NCBI GenBank assembly: GCA_029881655.1
Contig: JAOUME010000002.1
Location: 1 to 55,580, forward strand
DNA from: Deltaproteobacteria bacterium
Lineage (GTDB): Bacteria; SAR324; XYD2-FULL-50-16
DNA length: 55,580 bases
Reading direction: 5' to 3'
The position numbers were made by a program, and so were the translations under genes. Of the stretch, positions 18,324-26,680 are shown piece after piece. Positions within the stretch are counted from its first letter, which is position 1. Every line of letters starts with the position of its first letter. The notes below the pieces were generated by a model that saw only the letters and a list, made by a program, of their open reading frames with translations, did no database searches and was not told the DNA's origin.

Positions 18324-19538
18324 ATGGCAAATGAAATGGAGCGAAACCTCAAGGGTTTTTCAGGGTTGCTGGTAAGAACTTTTATCAAAGATTTTCAAAA
18401 TACTCAAACAGATGAAGTCCGAGCTAAATACGGCTACTTAAACGGATGGGCTTCTCTTTTGATCAACTTGGTGCTGGCGGGAGTTAAGTTTGTGCTTGGA
18501 TTTTTTTCCGGCTCACAGGCATTGATCGCTGACGGGCTTCATTCGCTGGGTGATCTTTTGACTTCCCTGATTGTTTTGTTTGGCTTTGTTATTGCGAAGA
18601 AACCCAGGGACGAAAAACATCCTTATGGCCATGCGAACGCGGAGTTGATCGCCTCTTTGATCATGTCTGTTTTGTTGATTGTGGCGGGGTTCGAGTTTTT
18701 CAGAAATGGTGTTAGTGGCCTTTGGGAGGGACAATATCACCCCATCAAGGCGGACTGGATTACCTATCTTTTGCTTTTTGGTACGATTCTTTTTAAAGAA
18801 TGGCTTTGGAAGTTTTCCAAAGCCCTTTCCAAGGCGATCGATTCAAAAGCACTGGAAGCCGATGCCTGGCATCACCGGCTGGATTCCTTAACCACGATTG
18901 TGGTTCTACTCGGTTTATTCGGCTCGACGCAGGGAATATTGTGGCTGGACGATGCGGTTGCTATTAGTGTAAGCGCAGTTATTATCTGGAGTGGGATTGA
19001 TCTGGCCAAGGATTCAATTTCACCCTTACTGGGGGAAAATGTTCCGATTCAAACTATCAAGGAAATCAGAAAAATCGCTTTATTAAATCCTGGGATTTTC
19101 AACGTGCACGACGTTATGGTTCATCAATACGGACGGAAACTGTTTACCAGTCTGCATGTTGAAATATCGGAAGAATTATCCGCGGTGGAAATGCATGACC
19201 TTGCGGCGGAAGTCCAATTTAGATTGATGGAGCGTTTTGGTGGGGAGAGCATTATCCATGTTGATCCGATCGCCTCAAACACACCCCGTTACTTAGAGGT
19301 CACAGGGGTCTTAAATCAATTCATCGAATCAAATGAAGTATTGATCGAGTTTCACGATCTTCAGTTTAGAGATTATTTAGGTACTGAGGTAATCTACTGG
19401 GAATTCTCAATTGATCCATCGGTTATGGAAACCGAATATCCACAAATAAAAGAAGAATTGGCCGTCCAGCTTCAAAAAATCTGGTTAGATTCTCAACTGA
19501 ATTTTTCTTTGGAACCGGGTTACAACATTCCGGCCTAA
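18324..19538 (+). CDS. cation diffusion facilitator family transporter
   Basis: It has six TM-like segments with HSLGDLLTS and HHRLD metal-site motifs, plus a C-terminal cytoplasmic domain. Confidence 0.8.
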   Translation: MANEMERNLKGFSGLLVRTFIKDFQNTQTDEVRAKYGYLNGWASLLINLVLAGVKFVLGFFSGSQALIADGLHSLGDLLTSLIVLFGFVIAKKPRDEKHPYGHANAELIASLIMSVLLIVAGFEFFRNGVSGLWEGQYHPIKADWITYLLLFGTILFKEWLWKFSKALSKAIDSKALEADAWHHRLDSLTTIVVLLGLFGSTQGILWLDDAVAISVSAVIIWSGIDLAKDSISPLLGENVPIQTIKEIRKIALLNPGIFNVHDVMVHQYGRKLFTSLHVEISEELSAVEMHDLAAEVQFRLMERFGGESIIHVDPIASNTPRYLEVTGVLNQFIESNEVLIEFHDLQFRDYLGTEVIYWEFSIDPSVMETEYPQIKEELAVQLQKIWLDSQLNFSLEPGYNIPA

Positions 19539-19552
19539 TGAGATCCGTTCTT

Positions 19553-19879
19553 TTATTTGTTGACCATATCTCTGAGTTCTCGACCAGGTCTAAATACGGG
19601 AAGTTTTTTTGGCTTAACCTTGACCTTGGCACCGGTTTTAGGATTTCTACCCGTATACTCGCCGTATTCTTTGATTGAAAAAGAACCAAAACCCCTGATT
19701 TCAACCCGATCTCCATCCTGAACTGCTTTTTTAATCGAATTAAAAAACAGATTCACGGTTTCTCTGGCAACTTCAGTTTTTTGCTTGTTGTTGGTCGATT
19801 CGTCGAAATCATCCAACTGGATTACCAATTTTTCAATCAACTGAGATTTTTTCATTTTCATATTCTTAAATTCCTCCAA
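19553..19879 (-). CDS. IHF/HU-family DNA-bending protein (IHF-beta-like)
   Basis: The arm motif is RGFGSFSIKEY ... GRNPKTGAKVKV ... PVFRPGRELR. The true start may be an internal Met (MKMKKSQL). Confidence 0.8.
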   Translation of the reverse strand: MEEFKNMKMKKSQLIEKLVIQLDDFDESTNNKQKTEVARETVNLFFNSIKKAVQDGDRVEIRGFGSFSIKEYGEYTGRNPKTGAKVKVKPKKLPVFRPGRELRDMVNK

Positions 19880-19896
19880 AAAAAGATTATTTTCCT

Positions 19897-20613
19897 TTAC
19901 TTGATACCCATTTTCGCTTTTAAAGCCTCCAAGTCGGAGGATTGGGACGAGTTTGAGCTGGACGAATCGCTCAAAAGCGCTTGATTGATTTCATCGTCAA
20001 TGGTGTGATTAATACTGGCAATATCACCGTATGCCTGTGCTAAGGCTTCTTCTTCGTCAACCTTCTGTTTCATTCGTTCCAGCATCTGTATCGTGCCTTT
20101 GGGATCAACACTGGAAAGCTGCTTGTTGATCTTGGTGGTCGCCTGCGCAGTTTTAGATCTGGCCTTTAGAGTGGTTAGCTCATTTTCATATTGTTGTATC
20201 TTCGATTTTAAACTCTCTATATTTTTTTGAAGCTTTCCGACCGCATTGGACTGATTATCGTTGAGATTCTTCGCCAATAAAAACCTTTTGCCCGATTCCT
20301 CTTTTCTGGAAAGTGCTTCTTTGGCGAGTCTGTCTGCGTCTTCCATCACCAGTTTACCGGACTGTCCCTGTTGCAATAGGGACATTGCTTTTCTTTCCCA
20401 GTCCAGCGATTCGTTCTTGTTTTTTTCCATGTCCCGCTGAGCCCTGATCTGGGTCGCCTTGACCTCCGCAAAACTTTGCATCGCTTTTTCAAGATCTGAT
20501 TTTAATTCCCGGATTCCTTGCTCCGTCATTTTAACGGGGTCTTCCAGCTTATCAACAATAGAATGCGCTTCTGCGCTTCCCAAACTAAATACCCTTTGAA
20601 AAAATCCAGCCAT
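19897..20613 (-). CDS. pspA: PspA/IM30 family protein
   Basis: The 238-aa coiled-coil protein has a PspA-type N-terminus (MAGFFQRVFSL ... KMTEQGIRELKSDLEKA). Confidence 0.8.
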   Translation of the reverse strand: MAGFFQRVFSLGSAEAHSIVDKLEDPVKMTEQGIRELKSDLEKAMQSFAEVKATQIRAQRDMEKNKNESLDWERKAMSLLQQGQSGKLVMEDADRLAKEALSRKEESGKRFLLAKNLNDNQSNAVGKLQKNIESLKSKIQQYENELTTLKARSKTAQATTKINKQLSSVDPKGTIQMLERMKQKVDEEEALAQAYGDIASINHTIDDEINQALLSDSSSSNSSQSSDLEALKAKMGIK

Positions 20614-20625
20614 AATTTCCTTATC

Positions 20626-21033
20626 TTATTCAGGATTGTTTAGGGAAATCAATTCCTTTGAATATTCCGCCAACCCTAAACTCAAACCGTTGATCGTTCC
20701 TTCGAACTCATTAAAGTCAAGATTTTCAAGTTGAAGGGTATCTCTGAAAATCATCTGATTTACGTCGTTGTCCAAAACAAAGGCACCATGGATCAAATTT
20801 CTGTTGATTTGAAGCAGTCTCTTAAAATGTTGTTCGGAAGGATTTTTTAAATGATAGATTAACTGTTCCATAATTAAGATTGGATACTCACAATCAATAA
20901 CCATATGATAAATCCCCTTATCTTCATTATTAACCACGATCAATTCCTCAGAATCATCCTGCTTGATAATGTCTAGAGATAACCGGCCTGAAAAGTCAAT
21001 AATTTTATCAAAATAGGAACTCATATCTATCAA
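20626..21033 (-). CDS. hypothetical protein, possibly YbjN/chaperone-like
   Basis: The 135-aa acidic protein lies immediately upstream of pspA on the same strand. The family assignment is only by general resemblance. Confidence 0.35.
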   Translation of the reverse strand: MIDMSSYFDKIIDFSGRLSLDIIKQDDSEELIVVNNEDKGIYHMVIDCEYPILIMEQLIYHLKNPSEQHFKRLLQINRNLIHGAFVLDNDVNQMIFRDTLQLENLDFNEFEGTINGLSLGLAEYSKELISLNNPE

Positions 21034-21232
21034 ACAAAAAAAATATTAACAAAAATAATTTCTTACTTCTTTATCCAAAAATAAACATTATGCTATAATT
21101 CAGTTATTTGCAAGAGTATCTTTTAGAAAAAAATGAATATTTAACTAAAAAACACTAGTAACAAAAAATCACCTAGCCACAATCATTGTTAGGTATTAAA
21201 TACAATACTATGTCAACTATAATAACAGATGA

Positions 21233-22912
21233 TTAAAAAAGCCGTTTCCTTTTATTCGAAGGAAGAAGGTTCATGGCTTCACGGTACTTTGCGACGGTTC
21301 GACGCGCGACTTTGATCTCGGCCTCCCGTAAAAGCACGTTTTTTATCTGAAGATCGGTGAAAGGCTTTTTCTTGTCTTCGCTTTCAATCATTTTTCTGAT
21401 ATAATCTTTGATTTTTTTCGATGAAATAACATCTCCGTCTCCTTGGTCGATCCCACTGGTGAAGAAATATTTCAGCTCGAAAATCCCTTGGGGAGTATAA
21501 ACATATTTATTGGTGGTGATTCGACTGACGGTCGATTCGTGAACCTCAATATCTTCAGCGACATCCTTTAAGACGAGTGGTTTGAGAAAATCGATGCCTT
21601 TTTCAAAAAACTCATACTGATATTTCAGGATGCTCTTGGCGACACGAAAAATCGTCTTTTGTCTCTGTTCAATGCTTTTCATAAGCCAATCACCTGATTT
21701 GATCTTTTCTTGAAGGTAAAGATAAGTCATGTTTTGACTGTCGTTGCTTTTGAGTTTTTTTTGTTGTGATTGATCGTCTTTGGTGTTTTCGGCGATTTTT
21801 TGGTAATAAGGGTTGATCCTCAACTTCGGGATGGTCTCCTGGTTCATGTTCACCACATACTCCGCGCCTCTTTTATAGATAAAGACGTCCGGGATGATGT
21901 ATTGGGTTACTTCACGGCCATAGGGCCTACCCGGTTTGGGTTCCAGTTCAGTGATCAACTGGTAGGCCTTGACGACTTCATTGATGTCCACTTTTTGGAG
22001 TCGGGCGATTTTCTTCAGGTCTTTTTGTTCCAAGTATTGCATGTTTTCCATAATGATTTTGTGCGCCAAACTATCCTTTAAGTTTAAAAAGACGATTTGC
22101 CGTTCGAGACATTCCTTTAAGGTTCTGGTGGCAACACCGGGTGGATCGAAATTTTGAATTTTTCTTAGCACCGTTTCCAAAACCCCGCATTGTTCATCCG
22201 AAATTGTAGACAGGTCTATTTCATTTTCCTCCTCGCTCAGGTCGTCAATGACCGGGGGTGGTTTCTTTTTGCCTTTCGTTTTTTTGTCTTCCTTTTGAAG
22301 CAACTCATGTCTGCTGTCGAAAAAAAGTTCGGGGTCCTTGGGTAAGGTCGGGGAAATTGTTTTGTTATCTAGGACCTTTTGAACCATTGTGCAAAGTTCC
22401 TCGGTAGAGGCTAAAAGTTCCCTCAAGGTGATCGAAAGATAACCGTCATCATCGATATTACCGATCAAATACTCGGCTATATCCGTTTCGGTTTCGCTCA
22501 TTTTGGATATTTCAAGTTGCCAATAAAGATGATCCATCAGGCTTTTTGTCCTGGAAATAGTGGCTTCAAGGGGATTTGAATCGTCATCGCCATCGTGGTG
22601 ATGTCCCTTGGATTCCTGGATAACACCTGCTCCCCCCTCAATATAGCTTTGCCATTCATCATCATAGCTGAGTTGCGATTGCTCTTCCATCAGGTCTTTA
22701 GCTTCAGGCTCGTCCTTCTTTTGTGTTTCCTCATCCGCGTCCTTTTCAACCGGCTGTACCTCTAGGGTCGGGTTTTCGAGGAGAGCCTGATCGATCAGTT
22801 CTTCCAACTCAACGCGTGAGAGCTGAAGTAGTTTGATTGCCTGCTGTAGTTGGGGGGTCATGATGAGCTGCTGGCTCATCCTCATTTCCAACCCCATCCG
22901 CATGTTAACCAT
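21233..22912 (-). CDS. rpoN: RNA polymerase sigma-54 factor
   Basis: Region I MTPQLQQAIKLLQLS, the HTH ESTVSRITTNKY and the RpoN box ARRTVAKYR are all present. At 559 aa it is longer than typical because of acidic and Lys-rich inserts. The start may be a few codons inside the ORF. Confidence 0.9.
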   Translation of the reverse strand: MVNMRMGLEMRMSQQLIMTPQLQQAIKLLQLSRVELEELIDQALLENPTLEVQPVEKDADEETQKKDEPEAKDLMEEQSQLSYDDEWQSYIEGGAGVIQESKGHHHDGDDDSNPLEATISRTKSLMDHLYWQLEISKMSETETDIAEYLIGNIDDDGYLSITLRELLASTEELCTMVQKVLDNKTISPTLPKDPELFFDSRHELLQKEDKKTKGKKKPPPVIDDLSEEENEIDLSTISDEQCGVLETVLRKIQNFDPPGVATRTLKECLERQIVFLNLKDSLAHKIIMENMQYLEQKDLKKIARLQKVDINEVVKAYQLITELEPKPGRPYGREVTQYIIPDVFIYKRGAEYVVNMNQETIPKLRINPYYQKIAENTKDDQSQQKKLKSNDSQNMTYLYLQEKIKSGDWLMKSIEQRQKTIFRVAKSILKYQYEFFEKGIDFLKPLVLKDVAEDIEVHESTVSRITTNKYVYTPQGIFELKYFFTSGIDQGDGDVISSKKIKDYIRKMIESEDKKKPFTDLQIKNVLLREAEIKVARRTVAKYREAMNLLPSNKRKRLF

Positions 22913-23061
22913 TATTATCGCTTAATAGAAGAGTTTTGAGTTTAACGGCCTGCGTTTATCAAGCCTGCGCGACTGAAATATTATTTTTCTCAAAAAAGCA
23001 TGTCGAACGAACCTGATTTGCTTTAAATCGATTGTAGTAAATTTACGATCAACAAATCAAG

Positions 23062-23319
23062 TCAATCTTTCTCATCCGGGTTTTTTATATCCGTTTCGTC
23101 TTCATTTTCCCATAAAATCTGCTCTGAGGAGAGCCTTTGCGTTTTATCCCTGATAAAATATAAAACGCCGATGCTGATACCCGCTAAAACAAGGGATAGC
23201 TTGATATCATCGCCAAATTCCAAGTCCAGCAAAACGACCTGGGGAATACTGTAAGAAAGATAGGCGATCTGCGCGAAAAAAAAAATTAAAATCACAATGG
23301 ATGAAATGCGCCTCAACAT
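23062..23319 (-). CDS. hypothetical small membrane protein (two TM segments)
   Basis: The 85-aa ORF overlaps the upstream gene by 7 nt (23313-23319), suggesting translational coupling. Confidence 0.5.
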   Translation of the reverse strand: MLRRISSIVILIFFFAQIAYLSYSIPQVVLLDLEFGDDIKLSLVLAGISIGVLYFIRDKTQRLSSEQILWENEDETDIKNPDEKD

Positions 23320-24614
23320 GCCTGCTGCCTCGTTAATTGATTTAAAGTATAACCCCAGAAATTTCCCATTTCCATATCTAAAAATGCGCCCGCGTCGATA
23401 TTCTCACCCTTTAAAGCCAGATCAAGAGGCCATATCGGTCGCTGATCCAAAAAAAGTCTCCCGGTGGTGAGTGACTCCGCGCCATCGGCCTTTAGGTTTA
23501 AATCAAAATCCGCTCTCACTTCCATCCAGCTTTTCCGATGACTTTCCAGGTATTCAATTTGATTGAAAGACCCAAGGCAACGAATGGGGTTTAAAAATCG
23601 GATAATAAAAAAAACGAGGATCAAACCTGGTGAGTACTCCTGGGATAACAGCTTATCAATTATATAATCTTTATCAAAAGCTATCAAGCCACTCTTTTTA
23701 CCTTGAAGCTTTCCATCAATCAGAAAGAGATTCTCGATTTTTTGTGATTTTTTGCCCTGGTATCCAGAGAGGAACAAGGAGTTTTGCCTAAAGAGGCCGG
23801 AGAATCTCTTTTGCGTTATAGAGGAAAAGAGTAGCGATTTTATCGGGTGATCCCTATTTCCTTTAAGAATGGCGATTAAATATCGTCGAACAACCTGATT
23901 AATATCGAAAATCAAAAATGGATTTTTCAAAAAAACATGTTCTTGAAGGTGGGCGCAGGCGCGGCTTGCCCAGCGAGAGTATAACTGGTTTTCCATAGGA
24001 GGTAAAATGATTTTCCTAAGATCGGGCGTGAAGTCTCGGTAAGTGTCCGTTAATGAAGTTTCAATCCGGGTTCCATAAACAAGCTGGTCTCTTGATTTAG
24101 AAGGGATGAGGCTGATCCTTGACTCTTGATCACCATGAAGTGATCTTTCCTTTTGAGAGCGCAGAGACTGGTTATAAAGTCTTGAATTTCGCTCAAGCAA
24201 TTGTTCCAAAGGGATATCCCCATAACTCAAGGCCCCGCTCCAGGCGGTATTTGAAAAAGCAACCCCGGAATTGGCCGCGACAAGATAGATTTGATTTTCT
24301 AAAAGCCCACTAAGACAGGTCAAATCGATCGTGGTAAAGGTCGGACCATGAGTCGGAGTGACGTGGTGAGCTGTTTGAAGGACCGGCGCAGCCATCAGTT
24401 GGGAGCATGCCTTTTCGGTTAAAGAAACCGAGTAGCCCGTCTGTTCCCATTCATATCGAAAGGATTCAAGCAGGATGTCCTCGATTATTCCTGGTGATTT
24501 TAAAAAAAGTTGTTTCGAGTATTCCCTTAAAGGGGTATGCTGGTGTTTCAGAAAAATATTCGTCAACGCGGGGTGGGACTCCCTGAGCTTTTCAAGCTGG
24601 GTTTTATTTAGCAT
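23313..24614 (-). CDS. hypothetical protein, no recognisable motif
   Basis: The 433-aa ORF overlaps the mpl stop by 7 nt (24608-24614). Its coding-like composition matches the neighbours. Confidence 0.6.
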   Translation of the reverse strand: MLNKTQLEKLRESHPALTNIFLKHQHTPLREYSKQLFLKSPGIIEDILLESFRYEWEQTGYSVSLTEKACSQLMAAPVLQTAHHVTPTHGPTFTTIDLTCLSGLLENQIYLVAANSGVAFSNTAWSGALSYGDIPLEQLLERNSRLYNQSLRSQKERSLHGDQESRISLIPSKSRDQLVYGTRIETSLTDTYRDFTPDLRKIILPPMENQLYSRWASRACAHLQEHVFLKNPFLIFDINQVVRRYLIAILKGNRDHPIKSLLFSSITQKRFSGLFRQNSLFLSGYQGKKSQKIENLFLIDGKLQGKKSGLIAFDKDYIIDKLLSQEYSPGLILVFFIIRFLNPIRCLGSFNQIEYLESHRKSWMEVRADFDLNLKADGAESLTTGRLFLDQRPIWPLDLALKGENIDAGAFLDMEMGNFWGYTLNQLTRQQAC

Positions 24615-26020
24615 GATTGATCGACGATGGCTACGATTTTGCGTTGAAGTCCGTAAAAGTCACCTTGACTCATCACGAGCAGGATATCTCCTTTTTGAAG
24701 ATCTTTGGTGACATGCTTGAGAATCCCATCCGCATCTTCGATCTGGCAGGCCTTTTTTCCGGCGGCTTTCAACTCGCCAATGATGCCATTAATATCTAGT
24801 CTTTGATTTTCAGGGATATTTTCCATGCGGTGAAGCCTGGAAAAAGTGATTTGATCGGCCATCTGAAAGGCGCCGGCCATTTTTTCCTGATGAAAATTCC
24901 TGACAGAGGTGTTGCTTCTGGGTTCGTAGATCGCGTGGATTCTTGACTTGGGCCAACATTGACGCACCGCATTGATGGTCGCGGAAATAGCGGTGGGGTG
25001 ATGGGCGAAATCATCAAAAACCATAATTTCTTCGTTTTTAGATACCTTTTGAAGCCGTCGCCTGACGTTCTTAAAGCTTAAAAAAGCCTCCTGAACCGCC
25101 GCAGGTTCAATTTTTTCATGCAGGGCCAATAAAAAGACAGCGGTTGCGTTTTTGACGTTAAACTCCCCCAAGAGAGGAACCCGAAGATGATAGATCATCC
25201 CTTTGAAGCAGATTTCAAAACTCATGGCCAGCTGATTCTCGATTGGCGAAACGTTTTTTATCTGAGCGTCCAGACCATCTGAGAATCCAAAGCTCAAAAA
25301 AGGGGTATAGCCGGTTTTAACGACTTCCATGGCATTCTCGTCATCGCCGTTAACCACGATTAAACCGTTATCGGGAACCTGCCTTAGCATCAAGGAGAAG
25401 GATTTTTTTATTTCGTTTAGAGAGTTGAATATATCGGCGTGGTCAAACTCGATATTATTGATGATCAATAAATCCGGTAGGTAATGAAAGAATTTAGAGC
25501 GTTTATCGAAAAAACAGGTATCATATTCATCGCCCTCAACCACAAAATAGCCGCCCTTTTTAACATCCATCGAGGAGGTGCCGAAATTCTCGGGCATCCC
25601 CCCGACTAAAAAACCGGTGGATTTACCGCAAGAGCTAAAGACATGGCTCGCCAATGAGGTGGTGGTGGTTTTGCCGTGGGTTCCGGTAATCACCACTGAG
25701 CGATTGCCGCGGATAAAATCGTTTTTTAAAAGCTCTGCCATCGAAAGATAATGCAGGTGCTCCCTCAGGGCGTACTCGACCTCGGGATTGCCACGGCTCA
25801 AGGCATTACCCAGAACCACAAAACCAGGCCTCGGATTAAGATTATCCGCGCTGTAGCCCTGCGCGACCGGAATCTGGTTTTGCTCCAGAAAATCCGACAT
25901 GGGCGGATAGACATTCTCGTCCGAACCCGTTATGAAGTGTCCCCTGTTTTTGAGCAAGACTGCCAGGGATGCCATGGCAGTTCCGCATATCCCTGAAAAA
26001 TGGTAATGTTTTTTTATCAT
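24608..26020 (-). CDS. mpl: UDP-N-acetylmuramate:L-alanyl-gamma-D-glutamyl-meso-DAP ligase (Mpl)
   Basis: It shows Mur ligase architecture: GICGTAMASLA, ENVYPPMSDFL and the P-loop GTHGKTTTTS. The N-terminus closely resembles E. coli Mpl rather than MurC. Confidence 0.8.
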   Translation of the reverse strand: MIKKHYHFSGICGTAMASLAVLLKNRGHFITGSDENVYPPMSDFLEQNQIPVAQGYSADNLNPRPGFVVLGNALSRGNPEVEYALREHLHYLSMAELLKNDFIRGNRSVVITGTHGKTTTTSLASHVFSSCGKSTGFLVGGMPENFGTSSMDVKKGGYFVVEGDEYDTCFFDKRSKFFHYLPDLLIINNIEFDHADIFNSLNEIKKSFSLMLRQVPDNGLIVVNGDDENAMEVVKTGYTPFLSFGFSDGLDAQIKNVSPIENQLAMSFEICFKGMIYHLRVPLLGEFNVKNATAVFLLALHEKIEPAAVQEAFLSFKNVRRRLQKVSKNEEIMVFDDFAHHPTAISATINAVRQCWPKSRIHAIYEPRSNTSVRNFHQEKMAGAFQMADQITFSRLHRMENIPENQRLDINGIIGELKAAGKKACQIEDADGILKHVTKDLQKGDILLVMSQGDFYGLQRKIVAIVDQSC

Positions 26021-26089
26021 TTTAACTAACGCCGGAAATAATTATTCGTAATTGAAGCATAGATATTCATGGCAAATATCTCTCAAAAA

Positions 26090-26470
26090 TCAGGGAATTG
26101 CCGCGACCAAATCGATCTCAACGGCGGCCCCCTTAGGCAACTCCTTGATCCCCACTGTGCTTCTGGCGGGTTTTTGATCCCCAAGGTACTCCCCGTAGAT
26201 CTGGTTGATTATTTGGAACTGGGTCATATCGCTTAAGTAGATCGTGGTTTTAACGACATGCTCCCAGGACAGCCCCGCCTCTTTAAGCACCAAGGCGAGG
26301 TTCTCCATAACTCTTCTGGTCTGCTCGGCGATACCTCCTTTAATCATTTCCCCTGAAACCGGATCGAGCGGTATCTGACCGGAACTAAAAAATAATCCGT
26401 TGGCGATCATTCCGTGGGAATAGGGACCGATGGCTTCTGGCGCATCTTTGGAAACGATTTTTTTAATCAT
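26090..26470 (-). CDS. ridA: RidA/YjgF family reactive-intermediate deaminase
   Basis: The 126-aa protein has GPYSHG and a C-terminal VEIDLVA pattern. Confidence 0.85.
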   Translation of the reverse strand: MIKKIVSKDAPEAIGPYSHGMIANGLFFSSGQIPLDPVSGEMIKGGIAEQTRRVMENLALVLKEAGLSWEHVVKTTIYLSDMTQFQIINQIYGEYLGDQKPARSTVGIKELPKGAAVEIDLVAAIP

Positions 26471-26543
26471 GGGACCTCTATTTTATTATTTCATATTTGT
26501 TGCCAGGGCCTAATACTCAGCCACATGCCACTCAGCCATATTA

Positions 26544-26597
26544 CCAAAGGATTTAACGTTTGGATACCAAAGGCTAAAAAATTGAACGGCTTGGCCG
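26544..26597. repeat. copy B of the 53-54 nt intergenic motif (partner at 959-1011)
   Basis: See copy A. It lies between the polA stop and the ridA start. An adjacent direct repeat ctcagcca occurs twice at about 26515-26537. Confidence 0.6.
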
Positions 26598-26680
26598 AGC
26601 TCATGGTCAATCAAGTTTTCTCTAGATATGTCTTAATACAACTCCTTTGTTTCTGTCACCGCGCAAAATAGTTTGGCTGA

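Noticed and set aside
21034-21232. A possible sigma-54 promoter upstream of the ybjN-like/pspA operon, since psp is sigma-54-dependent in E. coli.
   Set aside because: No GG-N10-GC element with TTGC is present in the correct orientation. A TGCAA at about 21107 lacks the partner CCA. The region is simply AT-rich.
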